The position numbers were made by a program, and so were the translations under genes. The notes under the pieces are model-generated. The model worked only from the letters and a program-made list of their open reading frames with translations, ran no database searches and was not told the origin of the DNA. This document shows positions 1-10,162 of a DNA stretch of 64,000 nucleotides, piece after piece; position 1 is the first letter of the stretch; each line of letters starts with the position of its first letter. The DNA is from a virus, in IMG/VR virus record IMGVR_UViG_3300032285_004186. One strand, 5' to 3'.

Positions 1-2
1 AA

Positions 3-722
3 ATGCAATCGAGGTGACATTTTAAAACCATATTCCTTGCAAATCTCTGCTACTTCTTCTGCATTTTGTACATGTTCCTGTCTTGAACCTGCACACACCA
101 TGATCCATATCCTATTTCGATGAATCATGAGAGAGGGATGATTGATGTATTCCACAAATAATTCTTGTATGTCTTCTTTTGTTTTGACCACAAATTTAAA
201 ACAAGACCTGTTTTTTACATGAAACTTCAACGCTTCTGTATTATATCTTTTTTCTTTAGCATCACCGTTGCTTGAAAGTTTGGGTGAGGTTGTAAAAGTG
301 GCGTGATATTTGTCTATCCAATCTTTTTCCGGCAGAATAGAACCATTGGTTTCAAAATCTATCCTCGGTAAAAACCCGTATCGATCCCAAAATGCTTGCA
401 CAAAATTTAAAAGAGGTTTTTGCCTAAGCATCGGTTCACCTCCTGTAATTTTCCATATATCACCTCTGCGAAGTTTGTCTACTAGACTGTTTTCTTCATA
501 AAATTTAAACATGTCCTCAAAACTGTATTTGTTTTTCTTAGACCAAGAGATATAAGAGTCACATCCCCAAGGTGAATCAGGAGAAGCCCAACCTTTACAT
601 GTTAAATTGCATCCAAATAACCGCATGAACACACTTGGATGACCTATATACTCTCCTTCTCCTTCAATAGTATGAAATCCGGGACCATCATCACTGATTA
701 ATAAATAATTTTCTTCTGACAT
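3..722 (-). CDS. queE: 7-carboxy-7-deazaguanine synthase (radical SAM), partial; runs off the left edge
   Basis: Absent from the ORF track; translated by hand from ATG 722: MSEENYLLISDDGPGFHTIEGEGEYIGHPSVFMRLFGCNLTCKGWASPDSPWGCDSYISW...ITGGEPML...FETNGS...TTSPKLSS...FKFVV...SPRLH. These are QueE hallmark motifs. Confidence 0.92.
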   Translation of the reverse strand, partial: MSEENYLLISDDGPGFHTIEGEGEYIGHPSVFMRLFGCNLTCKGWASPDSPWGCDSYISWSKKNKYSFEDMFKFYEENSLVDKLRRGDIWKITGGEPMLRQKPLLNFVQAFWDRYGFLPRIDFETNGSILPEKDWIDKYHATFTTSPKLSSNGDAKEKRYNTEALKFHVKNRSCFKFVVKTKEDIQELFVEYINHPSLMIHRNRIWIMVCAGSRQEHVQNAEEVAEICKEYGFKMSPRLH

Positions 723-731
723 AATATTAGT

Positions 732-2549
732 TTATTGCAAAATTTTAGTAACGCCATCTTGTTTCTCTAAAAGAATAATTTGATCTATTCCAGATCGGTC
801 TGCTGCTTTGTTATGAGAGACAATGTATATACTTTCTTGATAAGTTTCTACTCTACTTTTTAAAATATTCAGGATTTTATCCACTCCCTTTTCATCCAAG
901 GCTGAATCAAACAATTCATCATACATACTCAAGGAAAAAGATGTACCGGCTTGCATGCGAAGAATGTCTTGAAACATAAAAAGAATAGCTAGATCTATAC
1001 GCTTACGTTCTCCACCACTAAAATTAAAATAAGAACACTCTATTCCTCTTTCATTGTAAATAGTCTCTTCGAATGTCTCATTAAATTCACATTTGCAAGG
1101 AGCTTCTAGCGCCTGGAGATAAAAATTAAGTTTTGAATTAAGAACATTTAATAATTTTTTAATAATAAAGGTTTTTACTCCTTCTTCTGAAACTATAAAT
1201 TTAGCCGATTCTAAGATGTTTATTCTTTTTTGAGTTTCTGTCAATTTATCTTCCAATTCTTTGTTTTTAATTTCTGCATTTTCTCTTAAATTTAAAAATT
1301 GATCAGGTTCTTTTTCTATTTCTTCTATATCTGATAGAATTTCTGTATTTCTGTTTTCTAATTGTTTAATTTCTTGAGAGACTAAATTTAAAGAATTTAA
1401 TTCTTTTTCATGTTTTTTAATATCTGTTTTTAAAGAAGATATGGCATCACAGATAGTGTCACAATTAGATTTTTGAACGTTTAATTCTTTGGTGGTTAAT
1501 TTTAAAAGTTCTTGATCTATTTTAACGTTGGAATCTAAATCTTGTATGAGCTGATTAATATGTATTTCATCAATACCTTCTATGTCTTGTTTACATACTG
1601 GGCAAGTTTTAGTAGTCTGCTGAAGTTTTTTGATTTCTTCTTTATTGGATCTAATGGAAATATTTAAAGAGTTTATTTTTAAATTAAAATCAAAAGTTTT
1701 TTCCGAACATTCTATGGATAGTTTTTCTAATTGTTCTATTTTAGATTCTTTCTTAGAAATGATTTTTGTTAAATTAACTCTTGCTTGTTCAACTCCTTCT
1801 GTGTCTGAATTTTTTTCATTTAGAGATTTAATGTTTAAAAGATTGTCTTCTATTTTTTCTTTTAAATTTTTAATTTTATTCTTTTTATTTTCATTCCACT
1901 TATCTGATTGTTTTTTATAAGCTTCTAAATTTTTTTGATTTTCCAAAAAATTAGAACTATCTTGTTCATTTTGTTTTTTAAAATCATTTAAGTCTGCTCG
2001 AACTTGAAGTAGCATATCTCCAAATATGCCTAAATGAAGAACTCCTTCTACAAATTTGCGTTTATCCACTTTTTTCTGTGCCATAAAAGGCAAGGTATTA
2101 TTTGCGGTCATGATAACTGCATTTTGAAATACTTCTTCATTGGCTCCTATCAATTCTTTAACCAATTCATCTGTTTTAGGCATAGATGAACGAGTAATAT
2201 CTTGCCCGTTACATAAAAGTTCCACTTTATTTGGTTCCACTTTTCTAGATAAAACATAACTATCTATTTTATCTTGATGACTAATATCAAAATAAACTTC
2301 CACACAACAATTTTTTCCGGTCTTGTTGTGGACTATCATGTCTCTTTTGAGTTCTCTTATAGTACTCCCAAATAATCCCCAGTAAAGAGATTCTATTATT
2401 GTACTTTTCCCGACCCCATTGCGTCCACCCTTATCCCTATTTTCCCCGGTAATAAGAGTAATGCCACTGGTAAAATTTAATTTTAATGTATCTTCCCCTA
2501 CGGAAAGAAAATTGTTTATTTTTATCTCTTTAAAGATAACTTTTTTCAT
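732..2549 (-). CDS. gp46: Recombination endonuclease ATPase subunit (T4 gp46 / Rad50-SbcC-like)
   Basis: NFLSVG, Walker A GRNGVGKST, coiled coil with CPVC zinc hook, FSGGE signature, DELFD Walker B, VSH. Confidence 0.95.
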   Translation of the reverse strand: MKKVIFKEIKINNFLSVGEDTLKLNFTSGITLITGENRDKGGRNGVGKSTIIESLYWGLFGSTIRELKRDMIVHNKTGKNCCVEVYFDISHQDKIDSYVLSRKVEPNKVELLCNGQDITRSSMPKTDELVKELIGANEEVFQNAVIMTANNTLPFMAQKKVDKRKFVEGVLHLGIFGDMLLQVRADLNDFKKQNEQDSSNFLENQKNLEAYKKQSDKWNENKKNKIKNLKEKIEDNLLNIKSLNEKNSDTEGVEQARVNLTKIISKKESKIEQLEKLSIECSEKTFDFNLKINSLNISIRSNKEEIKKLQQTTKTCPVCKQDIEGIDEIHINQLIQDLDSNVKIDQELLKLTTKELNVQKSNCDTICDAISSLKTDIKKHEKELNSLNLVSQEIKQLENRNTEILSDIEEIEKEPDQFLNLRENAEIKNKELEDKLTETQKRINILESAKFIVSEEGVKTFIIKKLLNVLNSKLNFYLQALEAPCKCEFNETFEETIYNERGIECSYFNFSGGERKRIDLAILFMFQDILRMQAGTSFSLSMYDELFDSALDEKGVDKILNILKSRVETYQESIYIVSHNKAADRSGIDQIILLEKQDGVTKILQ

Positions 2550-2550
2550 A

Positions 2551-2582
2551 AAAAATCTCTATGGATCCTGTCCATAGAGATT
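2551..2582 (-). terminator. Probable intrinsic terminator at the end of the glycosylation island
   Basis: Perfect 12-bp stem AATCTCTATGGA/TCCATAGAGATT (2554-2565 / 2571-2582) with a 5-nt loop, running into a T-tract on the minus strand just before the gp46 ATG. Confidence 0.7.
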
Positions 2583-2613
2583 ATAATAGATTCAACAAAC
2601 CTATCAACAAATG

Positions 2614-3603
2614 TTAAGTCATCTGCTCTTTAATCCACCAGTATACATTATATATTCCTTTGTGTAAAGGGTAATTTGGCTTCCAATTTAACTTCTTAAA
2701 AATTAAATCATTGTCTGAATTTCTGCCACGAACTCCAAGAGGTCCACTAATATGTTTTTTAACTAAGGTTTTATTTTCCATAGAAGCTGCCACATCAACA
2801 AGTTGATTTATGGTAATCATCTCATCTGATCCAATATTTAATGGTTCGGTAAAATCTGATTCCATTAATCTTCTTACTCCTTCTATACATTCATCTATAT
2901 ATAAAAATGATCTGGTCTGTTCCCCATCCCCCCAGATTTCAATTTCTTCTCCGTCTTTTGCAGTCAATACTTTACGGCAAATAGCAGCCGGGGCTTTTTC
3001 TCTTCCACCTTGCCAGGTACCCATTGGACCGAAAATGTTATGAAATCTGGCTATGCGAACATTTAGTCCGTGATTTCGAGCATATGCCAAATAAAGACGC
3101 TCACTAAATAATTTTTCCCATCCGTATTCGCTATCAGGTGCAGCTGGATAAGCGGATTCTTCAGAACATTTAGGATTATTAGGATCTTCTTGATTATATG
3201 CCGGATACATACAAGCACTGCTAGAATAAAAAACTTTTTTGACATTGAATTGTCGGCACAATTCTGCTATATTCAGGTTAATTTGAGCAGAATTATGCAT
3301 AAGATTTGCATCATTATTTCCACTAAAAATAAATCCAGCACCACCCATGTCAGCAGCTAGTTGATATACTTCATCAAAAGAATTTTCCTTTTCTTCTAAA
3401 CTATGTTGTCCGGGGGCTAACATTAACAAAGAACTTGCTTTATAATCCCTCAAATCTGTTATAAAAAATTCATCTGCCTTTGTGGATGAAAATTCTGGAT
3501 ACTTAAGATCTGCTCCCCTCACCCAATATCCTTCTGTTTTCAGACGATTGATTAAATGATTACCTATAAATCCACCTGCACCTAAAACTAAAGCTTTTTT
3601 CAT
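2614..3603 (-). CDS. NAD-dependent nucleotide-sugar epimerase, GDP-mannose 3,5-epimerase-like SDR
   Basis: GAGGFIG Rossmann motif, LAADMGGAGFI, SSSACMYP, YGWEK, RFHNIFGP, GREKAPAAICRK, GVRGRNSDN. Confidence 0.9.
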   Translation of the reverse strand: MKKALVLGAGGFIGNHLINRLKTEGYWVRGADLKYPEFSSTKADEFFITDLRDYKASSLLMLAPGQHSLEEKENSFDEVYQLAADMGGAGFIFSGNNDANLMHNSAQINLNIAELCRQFNVKKVFYSSSACMYPAYNQEDPNNPKCSEESAYPAAPDSEYGWEKLFSERLYLAYARNHGLNVRIARFHNIFGPMGTWQGGREKAPAAICRKVLTAKDGEEIEIWGDGEQTRSFLYIDECIEGVRRLMESDFTEPLNIGSDEMITINQLVDVAASMENKTLVKKHISGPLGVRGRNSDNDLIFKKLNWKPNYPLHKGIYNVYWWIKEQMT

Positions 3604-3606
3604 AAT

Positions 3607-4152
3607 TTATTTTTTAATAACTAATAAACCCCTTTCACATCTTTCATTTGACAAACTACTTTTATTAAATATCAAATGTTGGATGTTCTGATTTTTAACA
3701 TACTCTATAATAGAATATAAATTTTTATAATCCACATTGGTTACATCATGATATATTAAAATTCCATCTTTTTTTAAAAGATTCAAAGTTTTATCAACCC
3801 ATTTATCTGTGTTTTGATGATCCGCGTCTGAAACTATAAAATCATATTTTTCTTTACAATTAGAAACAAAATCATATTCATTAGAATTTATGAAGTTTAT
3901 TGAAGTAATTTGTTTTATGTGTTCAAGGTTTTCTGGAGGATTGTGGTTCCAGTCTATAAAATTGTCTACGCAAGTTAAATCTAATTTTATTTGATTATAT
4001 TCATACCCGGAAATAATTTTTCTGGTAGAAGCTCCACTACCTATACCAATTTCTAAACTTTTTTGAGGTTTATTGCAAATAATTAAAGAATAAATTAATT
4101 CTAAGTGATTATTGTCCATCATCACCCAATCTGAAGTATTATATAGTTTCAT
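3607..4152 (-). CDS. Class I SAM-dependent methyltransferase (Methyltransf_24-like)
   Basis: LEIGIGSGAS motif I, YDFIVSDADH, LKKDGILIYHD. Confidence 0.8.
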   Translation of the reverse strand: MKLYNTSDWVMMDNNHLELIYSLIICNKPQKSLEIGIGSGASTRKIISGYEYNQIKLDLTCVDNFIDWNHNPPENLEHIKQITSINFINSNEYDFVSNCKEKYDFIVSDADHQNTDKWVDKTLNLLKKDGILIYHDVTNVDYKNLYSIIEYVKNQNIQHLIFNKSSLSNERCERGLLVIKK

Positions 4153-4825
4153 AAAAATGTTTGTAGTCTGCTTCTATAATTGAAATTTTATTTTCTTGCC
4201 CGGCATAATGAATTATATTGGCTTCATAACGTTTATTTTCCGGATCCGGTAAACCCATATGTATTTTGTTATAAGAAATATCCATTTCTTTATAGGGAAT
4301 TTTACTTTTTACCACCAAATAATTTAAATAAGTTTGATCCCCAAATGAAAGAATGTTGTCTATATTTGGTATATTTTTATAATCTTCAAAATATTTTTTA
4401 TGTAAATGAGAAACCAGAAAAACACCTGCATTAAAATATTTGTATTTGTTGAGATGGTTTAAAGGCCATGTTTCACAGTGTGGTAATAAGGGCTCCACAA
4501 AATCTTGTCTGCACATTTTATCAAGATTTCTATTTTCTTCAAAAGCATAAAAATAATTCTTATCATTATATTCTTCAAATATATTTTGAGCATGTGGGGT
4601 CACCAAAACATCTATATCTGTATAGCACACTTGTTCATAATCATTTAACAAATGTACAAAATTAAATTTTTCAAAGAAAATATTGGGTCCGTTTACTGTA
4701 CGTTCTAATATTAGATGAAAATCTATGTCATATTTTTGACAGTATTTTTTTAAAGAAAGAACACTTTTATTATAATCTTTATCTGCACCATCTATACCCA
4801 GAGTCATTATGGCATGTTTTTTCAT
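4139..4825 (-). CDS. GT-A glycosyltransferase, GT8-like
   Basis: YTDIDV (DxD), YFNAGVFL, GDQTYLN, IIHYAG. Confidence 0.8.
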   Translation of the reverse strand: MKKHAIMTLGIDGADKDYNKSVLSLKKYCQKYDIDFHLILERTVNGPNIFFEKFNFVHLLNDYEQVCYTDIDVLVTPHAQNIFEEYNDKNYFYAFEENRNLDKMCRQDFVEPLLPHCETWPLNHLNKYKYFNAGVFLVSHLHKKYFEDYKNIPNIDNILSFGDQTYLNYLVVKSKIPYKEMDISYNKIHMGLPDPENKRYEANIIHYAGQENKISIIEADYKHFYETI

Positions 4826-4828
4826 GAA

Positions 4829-5335
4829 TTATTTTTTAGAAGCTACACAAATAAAGGAATAATTTAAATCTTTTTCACTTACAAAAATAGTTTCTTTATC
4901 TAAAAATTTATTATCTTGTAAATATTTTTTTAAAATATTGGGTTCAAAACAATGAATATGTTTACGATTATTCCAAGGCCTCCAATATTCTTGGTCAAAA
5001 TGTGGAAGATATAAAAACAAAACTCCACCAGATTTTAATTTTGAAACCCAATAATCCAAAGCATTTACCCAATGTGGTAAGTGTTCTAGGCAGTGACTTG
5101 AAAAAATATAATCTATTTCACCTTGCGGCAAAAAATATGCATCATACCTTTTGTCTAAAAGAGGATCTATGGGTATGGAACCTGGAAAAGACCATTCCAC
5201 ACGATTACATCCAATATCATATCCTTTTCCTTTACAAAAATGTTTAGCAAATGGAAAGGCAAATTGAGAAGCAAACCCCTCAGACTGAAATTTAGGATAT
5301 AATTTTTGATTAAATTCTATTGTGTCAATTTTCAT
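4829..5335 (-). CDS. SAM-dependent methyltransferase (type 11-like)
   Basis: GYDIGC, DYIFSSHCLEHL, LKSGGVLFLYLP. Confidence 0.8.
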   Translation of the reverse strand: MKIDTIEFNQKLYPKFQSEGFASQFAFPFAKHFCKGKGYDIGCNRVEWSFPGSIPIDPLLDKRYDAYFLPQGEIDYIFSSHCLEHLPHWVNALDYWVSKLKSGGVLFLYLPHFDQEYWRPWNNRKHIHCFEPNILKKYLQDNKFLDKETIFVSEKDLNYSFICVASKK

Positions 5336-5936
5336 AAATCACAGCAACTCTTCTGCCATATTGAGTATATTCAATGTTGTAATTTTTATTGATATCTAAA
5401 AGAGCTGTCTCCATTTCAATTTGAGTAGGCCATCCGGGTGTTCCAGCATCAAACGTATCATCTATTATAATAACATGATCTTTTCTGTTGGAAAAATTTT
5501 TAATAGATTTAAGCTCCTCTATCACCGGTGACTCACTAGTGTGTGCGTCTAATAAAATAAAAAATTGTTCATTAGGATTTTGAGATAGAATATTTTTTAA
5601 AAAAATTGGAGAATCTCCTTCATAAAAGTTAATATTTGGATGATTTTGTTTTAAAATTTTATAATTCTCTAACAAATTTATGTCTCTATTGTATATGTTA
5701 CCTTTAACATATTTTTCAACTGTAAAAACTTCTTTAAATTGTATTGCTAAAAATTCTGATGTCCAACCTTCATATGTACCAGTTTCTATAGCTTTATTAA
5801 TATTTAATAAACTTGGAATTTTGTCTTTAAATAAAAAAAGAATTTGCACAAAAGGGTTGGCCACATCCACACACCATGGATGAGGAATTGTTCGATGCCA
5901 TCGCGGATCTTCGGGATCTGATTTGATATATTTCAT
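5325..5936 (-). CDS. Putative SAM-dependent methyltransferase
   Basis: IETGTYEG motif I-like, EGDS, LLDAH, VIIIDD. Confidence 0.65.
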   Translation of the reverse strand: MKYIKSDPEDPRWHRTIPHPWCVDVANPFVQILFLFKDKIPSLLNINKAIETGTYEGWTSEFLAIQFKEVFTVEKYVKGNIYNRDINLLENYKILKQNHPNINFYEGDSPIFLKNILSQNPNEQFFILLDAHTSESPVIEELKSIKNFSNRKDHVIIIDDTFDAGTPGWPTQIEMETALLDINKNYNIEYTQYGRRVAVIYEN

Positions 5937-5940
5937 AAAG

Positions 5941-6654
5941 TTAATTCATTTTTGTAAAAGATTTGTTAAAAATATAATCTATTTCTGTCCAATCTCCAGG
6001 ACGACGAGACGTAATTTCTATAATTTTTGTCTTTAAATTTAATTTTTCTATAAAAAAATTAATACAGGTATCCATAGAATAAATGCCTGTAGCATTTTCC
6101 AAAACTTTACACCAATCAAAAATAGAATATCCTTTTATAAATTGCATTTCTACACATTTCACATCTTTTGGATATTGTATATCCCATTCTAGGATATTTG
6201 GCGGTGATGCAAATTTTTTATTTACAAAAATATATTCTTCATCCTCTTTTAAATTTAAAATGTTATAAAACAAAAAATCTTCTTTGCTTTTATTGCGCTC
6301 AAATGTAAAAAAATTTAACCAGTCTTTAAATGTTAAATTAATTAAATTGTATTTTGATTCTAATATTTTTTTATGTAAAAGATGACTGGCGTTTTCTAAT
6401 GGCAAGAACAATATTTCATCATTATCTATAATTCCGGTATTTTGGTAATAATTTTTACCAGGAAAATCTAATTCTTTATTAACAAACCAAATACCATTTT
6501 TTATATAATTGCTAATATCTGAGTATTCCTCTATAACCGGCCAAATAACCGGAGTATTATATTTTTCTATTATTTTCACGCCAATTTTTTGACAAAAAAT
6601 AATATCACCCAATCCAGCTGGTTGTTTAATTAAACAAAATTTCATTTTAATCAA
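5941..6654 (-). CDS. Putative GT-B (GT9-like) glycosyltransferase
   Basis: N-terminal QPAGLGDII, C-terminal IFDWCKVLENA..IYSMDTC; located inside the glycosylation island. Confidence 0.5.
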   Translation of the reverse strand: MIKMKFCLIKQPAGLGDIIFCQKIGVKIIEKYNTPVIWPVIEEYSDISNYIKNGIWFVNKELDFPGKNYYQNTGIIDNDEILFLPLENASHLLHKKILESKYNLINLTFKDWLNFFTFERNKSKEDFLFYNILNLKEDEEYIFVNKKFASPPNILEWDIQYPKDVKCVEMQFIKGYSIFDWCKVLENATGIYSMDTCINFFIEKLNLKTKIIEITSRRPGDWTEIDYIFNKSFTKMN

Positions 6655-7880
6655 ACATTTTTTACAGTTCTGAATTCATAGGTATATATAGGAGCCTCTA
6701 TATAAACTTCTGTTGTCAATAGTGGTAACAATCTCTCTGAATAATCTCTATCTTCTCCTACACTAATATCCGGATATCCTATCTTTAAAGCCAATTCTCT
6801 CTTAACTGGATTCAGGTGATTGGGGTTTCTGTAATAAAATCTCCAAGAAGGATCTTCACTCGGTTCATCATACCAATTTTTATATTTTAAAGAATGATAA
6901 GTTTTACCGGAAAGTCCACCATCTGTTTTCATTATAAGATGCATACCAACAACATCTGGATTAGACTCTATGGCTCCTAATATAGCAGATATGTAATTTT
7001 CAGAAACTTGATCATCATCATCTACAAAACATACATAATCTCCTACAGCATTTTCTAAAAGTTTTTGCCGCTTTTTACCTATGCTTAGTTCACCCTTATC
7101 TATATCACACAACACTTCCACTTCTTTTCTGGCTTGTGGGCGTAGGATACTAATAAGTCTGTCTAAAAAAGTTCGGCGTCTTTCCAAGGAACATATTAAT
7201 ATGGAAAGTTTTTTGATGCCAAAATTCTTCTTTTCTCTGGTTACAAAAATTTGTTTATCGTAAGTTGTATTTTGAAAATTTAAAACATGTATAATGTCAT
7301 TTTTTCCATAACCCCAATGAGGATGCTGATGTTCTATAATAACTGTATCAATGTATGTTTGTTTTTTTAAAATATTACCAACTGTTGTAAATTCATTATC
7401 AGCCCATTCAGATTTATATTCAGGATAATAGATGTAATTAAATCTTTGATAGTATTTTTTGCCTAAAATACTTAAAGTGTTTAATTCATTCTTTTTATGT
7501 CCATCATTATAAAATAAAATTCCATCTGTGTCAGGATAGTATTTTTGCATATCCTCTCGAATAATTTCATCATAACCTTGAATTTGTGGAATCATGTCAT
7601 CACTAGCTAATAAAATGATGTCATAGTGATAATCTATTTTATCCAGGTCTCTATTGACTGCATCTATTTTAGATTTAGAATCACCGAAAATGAATGTCAA
7701 ATTGTTATAAGTTTTAAGTTTGTCTACAACTGATTGATTATTCATGGTCTGGTCTACAGTGTCTAGCGTAACCAAACAATGCATCTTTTCCGTGTTAGAT
7801 GCCATACTATAATATAAATCTAATGTATTGAAAAATTTTTCAGGGCGATTAAAAGTGGGAAATTTTAATAAAATGTTCAT
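6651..7880 (-). CDS. Tandem two-domain GT-A (GT2-like) glycosyltransferase
   Basis: Domain 1 KFPTFNRP...LASDDMIP...WADNE; domain 2 LSILICS...FVDDDD...GEDRDY. Confidence 0.8.
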   Translation of the reverse strand: MNILLKFPTFNRPEKFFNTLDLYYSMASNTEKMHCLVTLDTVDQTMNNQSVVDKLKTYNNLTFIFGDSKSKIDAVNRDLDKIDYHYDIILLASDDMIPQIQGYDEIIREDMQKYYPDTDGILFYNDGHKKNELNTLSILGKKYYQRFNYIYYPEYKSEWADNEFTTVGNILKKQTYIDTVIIEHQHPHWGYGKNDIIHVLNFQNTTYDKQIFVTREKKNFGIKKLSILICSLERRRTFLDRLISILRPQARKEVEVLCDIDKGELSIGKKRQKLLENAVGDYVCFVDDDDQVSENYISAILGAIESNPDVVGMHLIMKTDGGLSGKTYHSLKYKNWYDEPSEDPSWRFYYRNPNHLNPVKRELALKIGYPDISVGEDRDYSERLLPLLTTEVYIEAPIYTYEFRTVKNV

Positions 7881-9356
7881 TTAAAATATAATTTTTAGAT
7901 GTCTATAATCTTGATTATTAGATACCTCTATAATTTCTAAATTAGGAAGGGAATTCACTCCATCTTTTTTATGATAATCTCTGGATAGTTGGTTATTTAA
8001 GAATGCTCTAAACCGTGCTCCATTTTTTTCATGCAATTCATTCTCAGATTGACTAGAAAGACGGTGAGGATGAGGCTCACTAAAAAATTTTCCAAATGGA
8101 TGCTTATAAGGTGTTAGATTTTCTCTAACACATCTTTCATACAAGTCATCATCTTCCTTACCCCAACCAAAATATTCATTACTATATCCATTAACTTGTA
8201 AAAAATGTTCACGAGTAAAAAGAATTACACCGCCCATGATTTTATCCGGAATATTGATGTAATTAAATTGACTGCAGTGACTACTAATATGAGAAGGCCT
8301 TTCCGGAAAACTGTAATCAGAAACTTCTGGTATTAAATCAACATCATGAAAGCACATATAGTCTCCGGAAGATTTTAAAAAACCTATATTATTAAGAAGA
8401 CCTTTATTGAATGGTTTGTCGTTATTTTGTTCTATTAATAAAATTTCATATTGTTCTACCTGTTTAGAAACATATACATGAAGGGCTGGTATGATTTTCT
8501 TTAAAGCTGACTCTCTATTTCTATATGGAATAATGATAGATAATTTTTTATTATGATTAATTATTTTTTTCTTGCTATAAAGGCTTTGAAGATCTATTAA
8601 TTTTAACAACAGACTTCTAAGATCTACGTTTTCTATAGTATTAGTAAATTTGCCCCATTTTTTAGTAAAAAATTCTGCTGATTTATTCCAATTTTCTAGA
8701 TATTTTTCTTTATTGGTTATAGTTGAATTTTCACTGCTTCCGTTTATATCTGAAAGATATTTTTCACTATCCAATAAATCTGGAAAATACCAAAAAGGAG
8801 GTGCTACATTTTTTTGAATTAAATTATAAGCAAAATCTATGTGTTCAAAAGCATTGATGTAATTTTCATCAAATTCACCCAATTTAGAAATTAAATTGGC
8901 GTGTATATACATAAATGCACCTTGTGGATTGTGGTAAAATCCAATTTTAGTCCCGTCTGGTTGTTCCAAAACAAATTTTAAAGTGTTTTGATTATTAGCT
9001 ATTTTTTCAAAACACAAATGATGTATTCCCGTAGAACTAGCTGCTTTAATATATGCTTCAAAAACATTTGGATCTTTAATAAGAATGTCATCTTCTATAA
9101 GAAATAAATGTTTGCAACCTTTATTAATAAGATATTTTAAGAGTAAATTTTTGCTTTTAGCTACACCTTTTTGCGTGTTATTTAAAATGATATGATCTAT
9201 GTCTAACTGTGGCAAAGCATAACTCAGCTCTCCGTCATTAACAACTGCAAGTGTTCCTATTTTATTTCTAGGAACACTTGCCAAGACCTGCTGATAATAT
9301 TCTGGTCTATTATAGGTCAATATACCTACACCTATTTCAGATGGTGAGATTTCCAT
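7881..9356 (-). CDS. GT2 plus GT7 (beta-1,4-galactosyltransferase-like) fusion
   Basis: N-domain IGVGILTYNRP...LIEDD; C-domain IIIPYRNR, FNKGLLNNIGF, FHDVDL, NGYSNEYFGWGKEDDDL (GT7 signatures). Confidence 0.85.
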   Translation of the reverse strand: MEISPSEIGVGILTYNRPEYYQQVLASVPRNKIGTLAVVNDGELSYALPQLDIDHIILNNTQKGVAKSKNLLLKYLINKGCKHLFLIEDDILIKDPNVFEAYIKAASSTGIHHLCFEKIANNQNTLKFVLEQPDGTKIGFYHNPQGAFMYIHANLISKLGEFDENYINAFEHIDFAYNLIQKNVAPPFWYFPDLLDSEKYLSDINGSSENSTITNKEKYLENWNKSAEFFTKKWGKFTNTIENVDLRSLLLKLIDLQSLYSKKKIINHNKKLSIIIPYRNRESALKKIIPALHVYVSKQVEQYEILLIEQNNDKPFNKGLLNNIGFLKSSGDYMCFHDVDLIPEVSDYSFPERPSHISSHCSQFNYINIPDKIMGGVILFTREHFLQVNGYSNEYFGWGKEDDDLYERCVRENLTPYKHPFGKFFSEPHPHRLSSQSENELHEKNGARFRAFLNNQLSRDYHKKDGVNSLPNLEIIEVSNNQDYRHLKIIF

Positions 9357-10162
9357 ATTTGTTTTAAAGAGTCTAACATATCTTTTTCAGAAGTAAAGGT
9401 TTCAGGAGGTCCATAGTTTGTGACTATAGAAAATTTGTTCTTTTTTATAAAAATATCTAAATTTTTTTTAAAATTTTCCATAAAATCTTGCTCAGATCTT
9501 ATTTTACTTTGTTTGTGATCAGAAACTATGTCTTTAATGTAATTGGATGATCCTTTGACATCTGCAAACCATCTGAAAGGAGGGTGATACCCTTTCTTAC
9601 TAATTTGCAGAGTATGATCTACGTGTTCCAGAGCATTGAAAAAAGATTCATCCATAAATCCTACATTTTCCAGTACCTCTTTATGAAAATAACTTAATGC
9701 TCCAAGAATATTGGGATAGAGATCTATAACAGTGCCGTCGGGATAATTAACACTTTTACGGATAATAACATTTCCATTGTGATCAAGATTATGGTTTCCG
9801 TGTAATCCGAAATTAAAATGTTTAATGCCTGTAGATTTGCTAGCGTTAATATAAAAATTAAAAACATCTTCATTTACAATTTCTACATCATCTTCTAATA
9901 GAAAAATATGTTCATAACCCTTGTCTAGAAAAAACTTCAAAGCTAAATTTTTGGCCTTACCTACCCCAATTTTACCAGGAGTTTTAATATATTTGTTAAA
10001 AAAAGATGATATTGGAGTATTTTCCACTCCATCATCTATTATAACTGTGCAAATATTAAAATGTTTGTTAATGACTTTCTTTAAAGAAGCTTCACAAATT
10101 TTAAAAAAATTGGGTCTATCGCAGGTAATAATAGCAACACCTATATTATAATTCTCTAGCAT
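9332..10162 (-). CDS. GT2-family glycosyltransferase
   Basis: IGVAIITCDRP, GVGKAKN, FLLEDD, EHVDH; start refined to ATG 10162 (track start 10213 overlaps the upstream gene). Confidence 0.8.
   Translation of the reverse strand: MLENYNIGVAIITCDRPNFFKICEASLKKVINKHFNICTVIIDDGVENTPISSFFNKYIKTPGKIGVGKAKNLALKFFLDKGYEHIFLLEDDVEIVNEDVFNFYINASKSTGIKHFNFGLHGNHNLDHNGNVIIRKSVNYPDGTVIDLYPNILGALSYFHKEVLENVGFMDESFFNALEHVDHTLQISKKGYHPPFRWFADVKGSSNYIKDIVSDHKQSKIRSEQDFMENFKKNLDIFIKKNKFSIVTNYGPPETFTSEKDMLDSLKQIWKSHHLK

Noticed and set aside
560-620. Possible frameshift in queE near the radical SAM motif
   Set aside because: Re-reading the reverse complement gives TGT AAA GGT TGG GCT; the frame is continuous.
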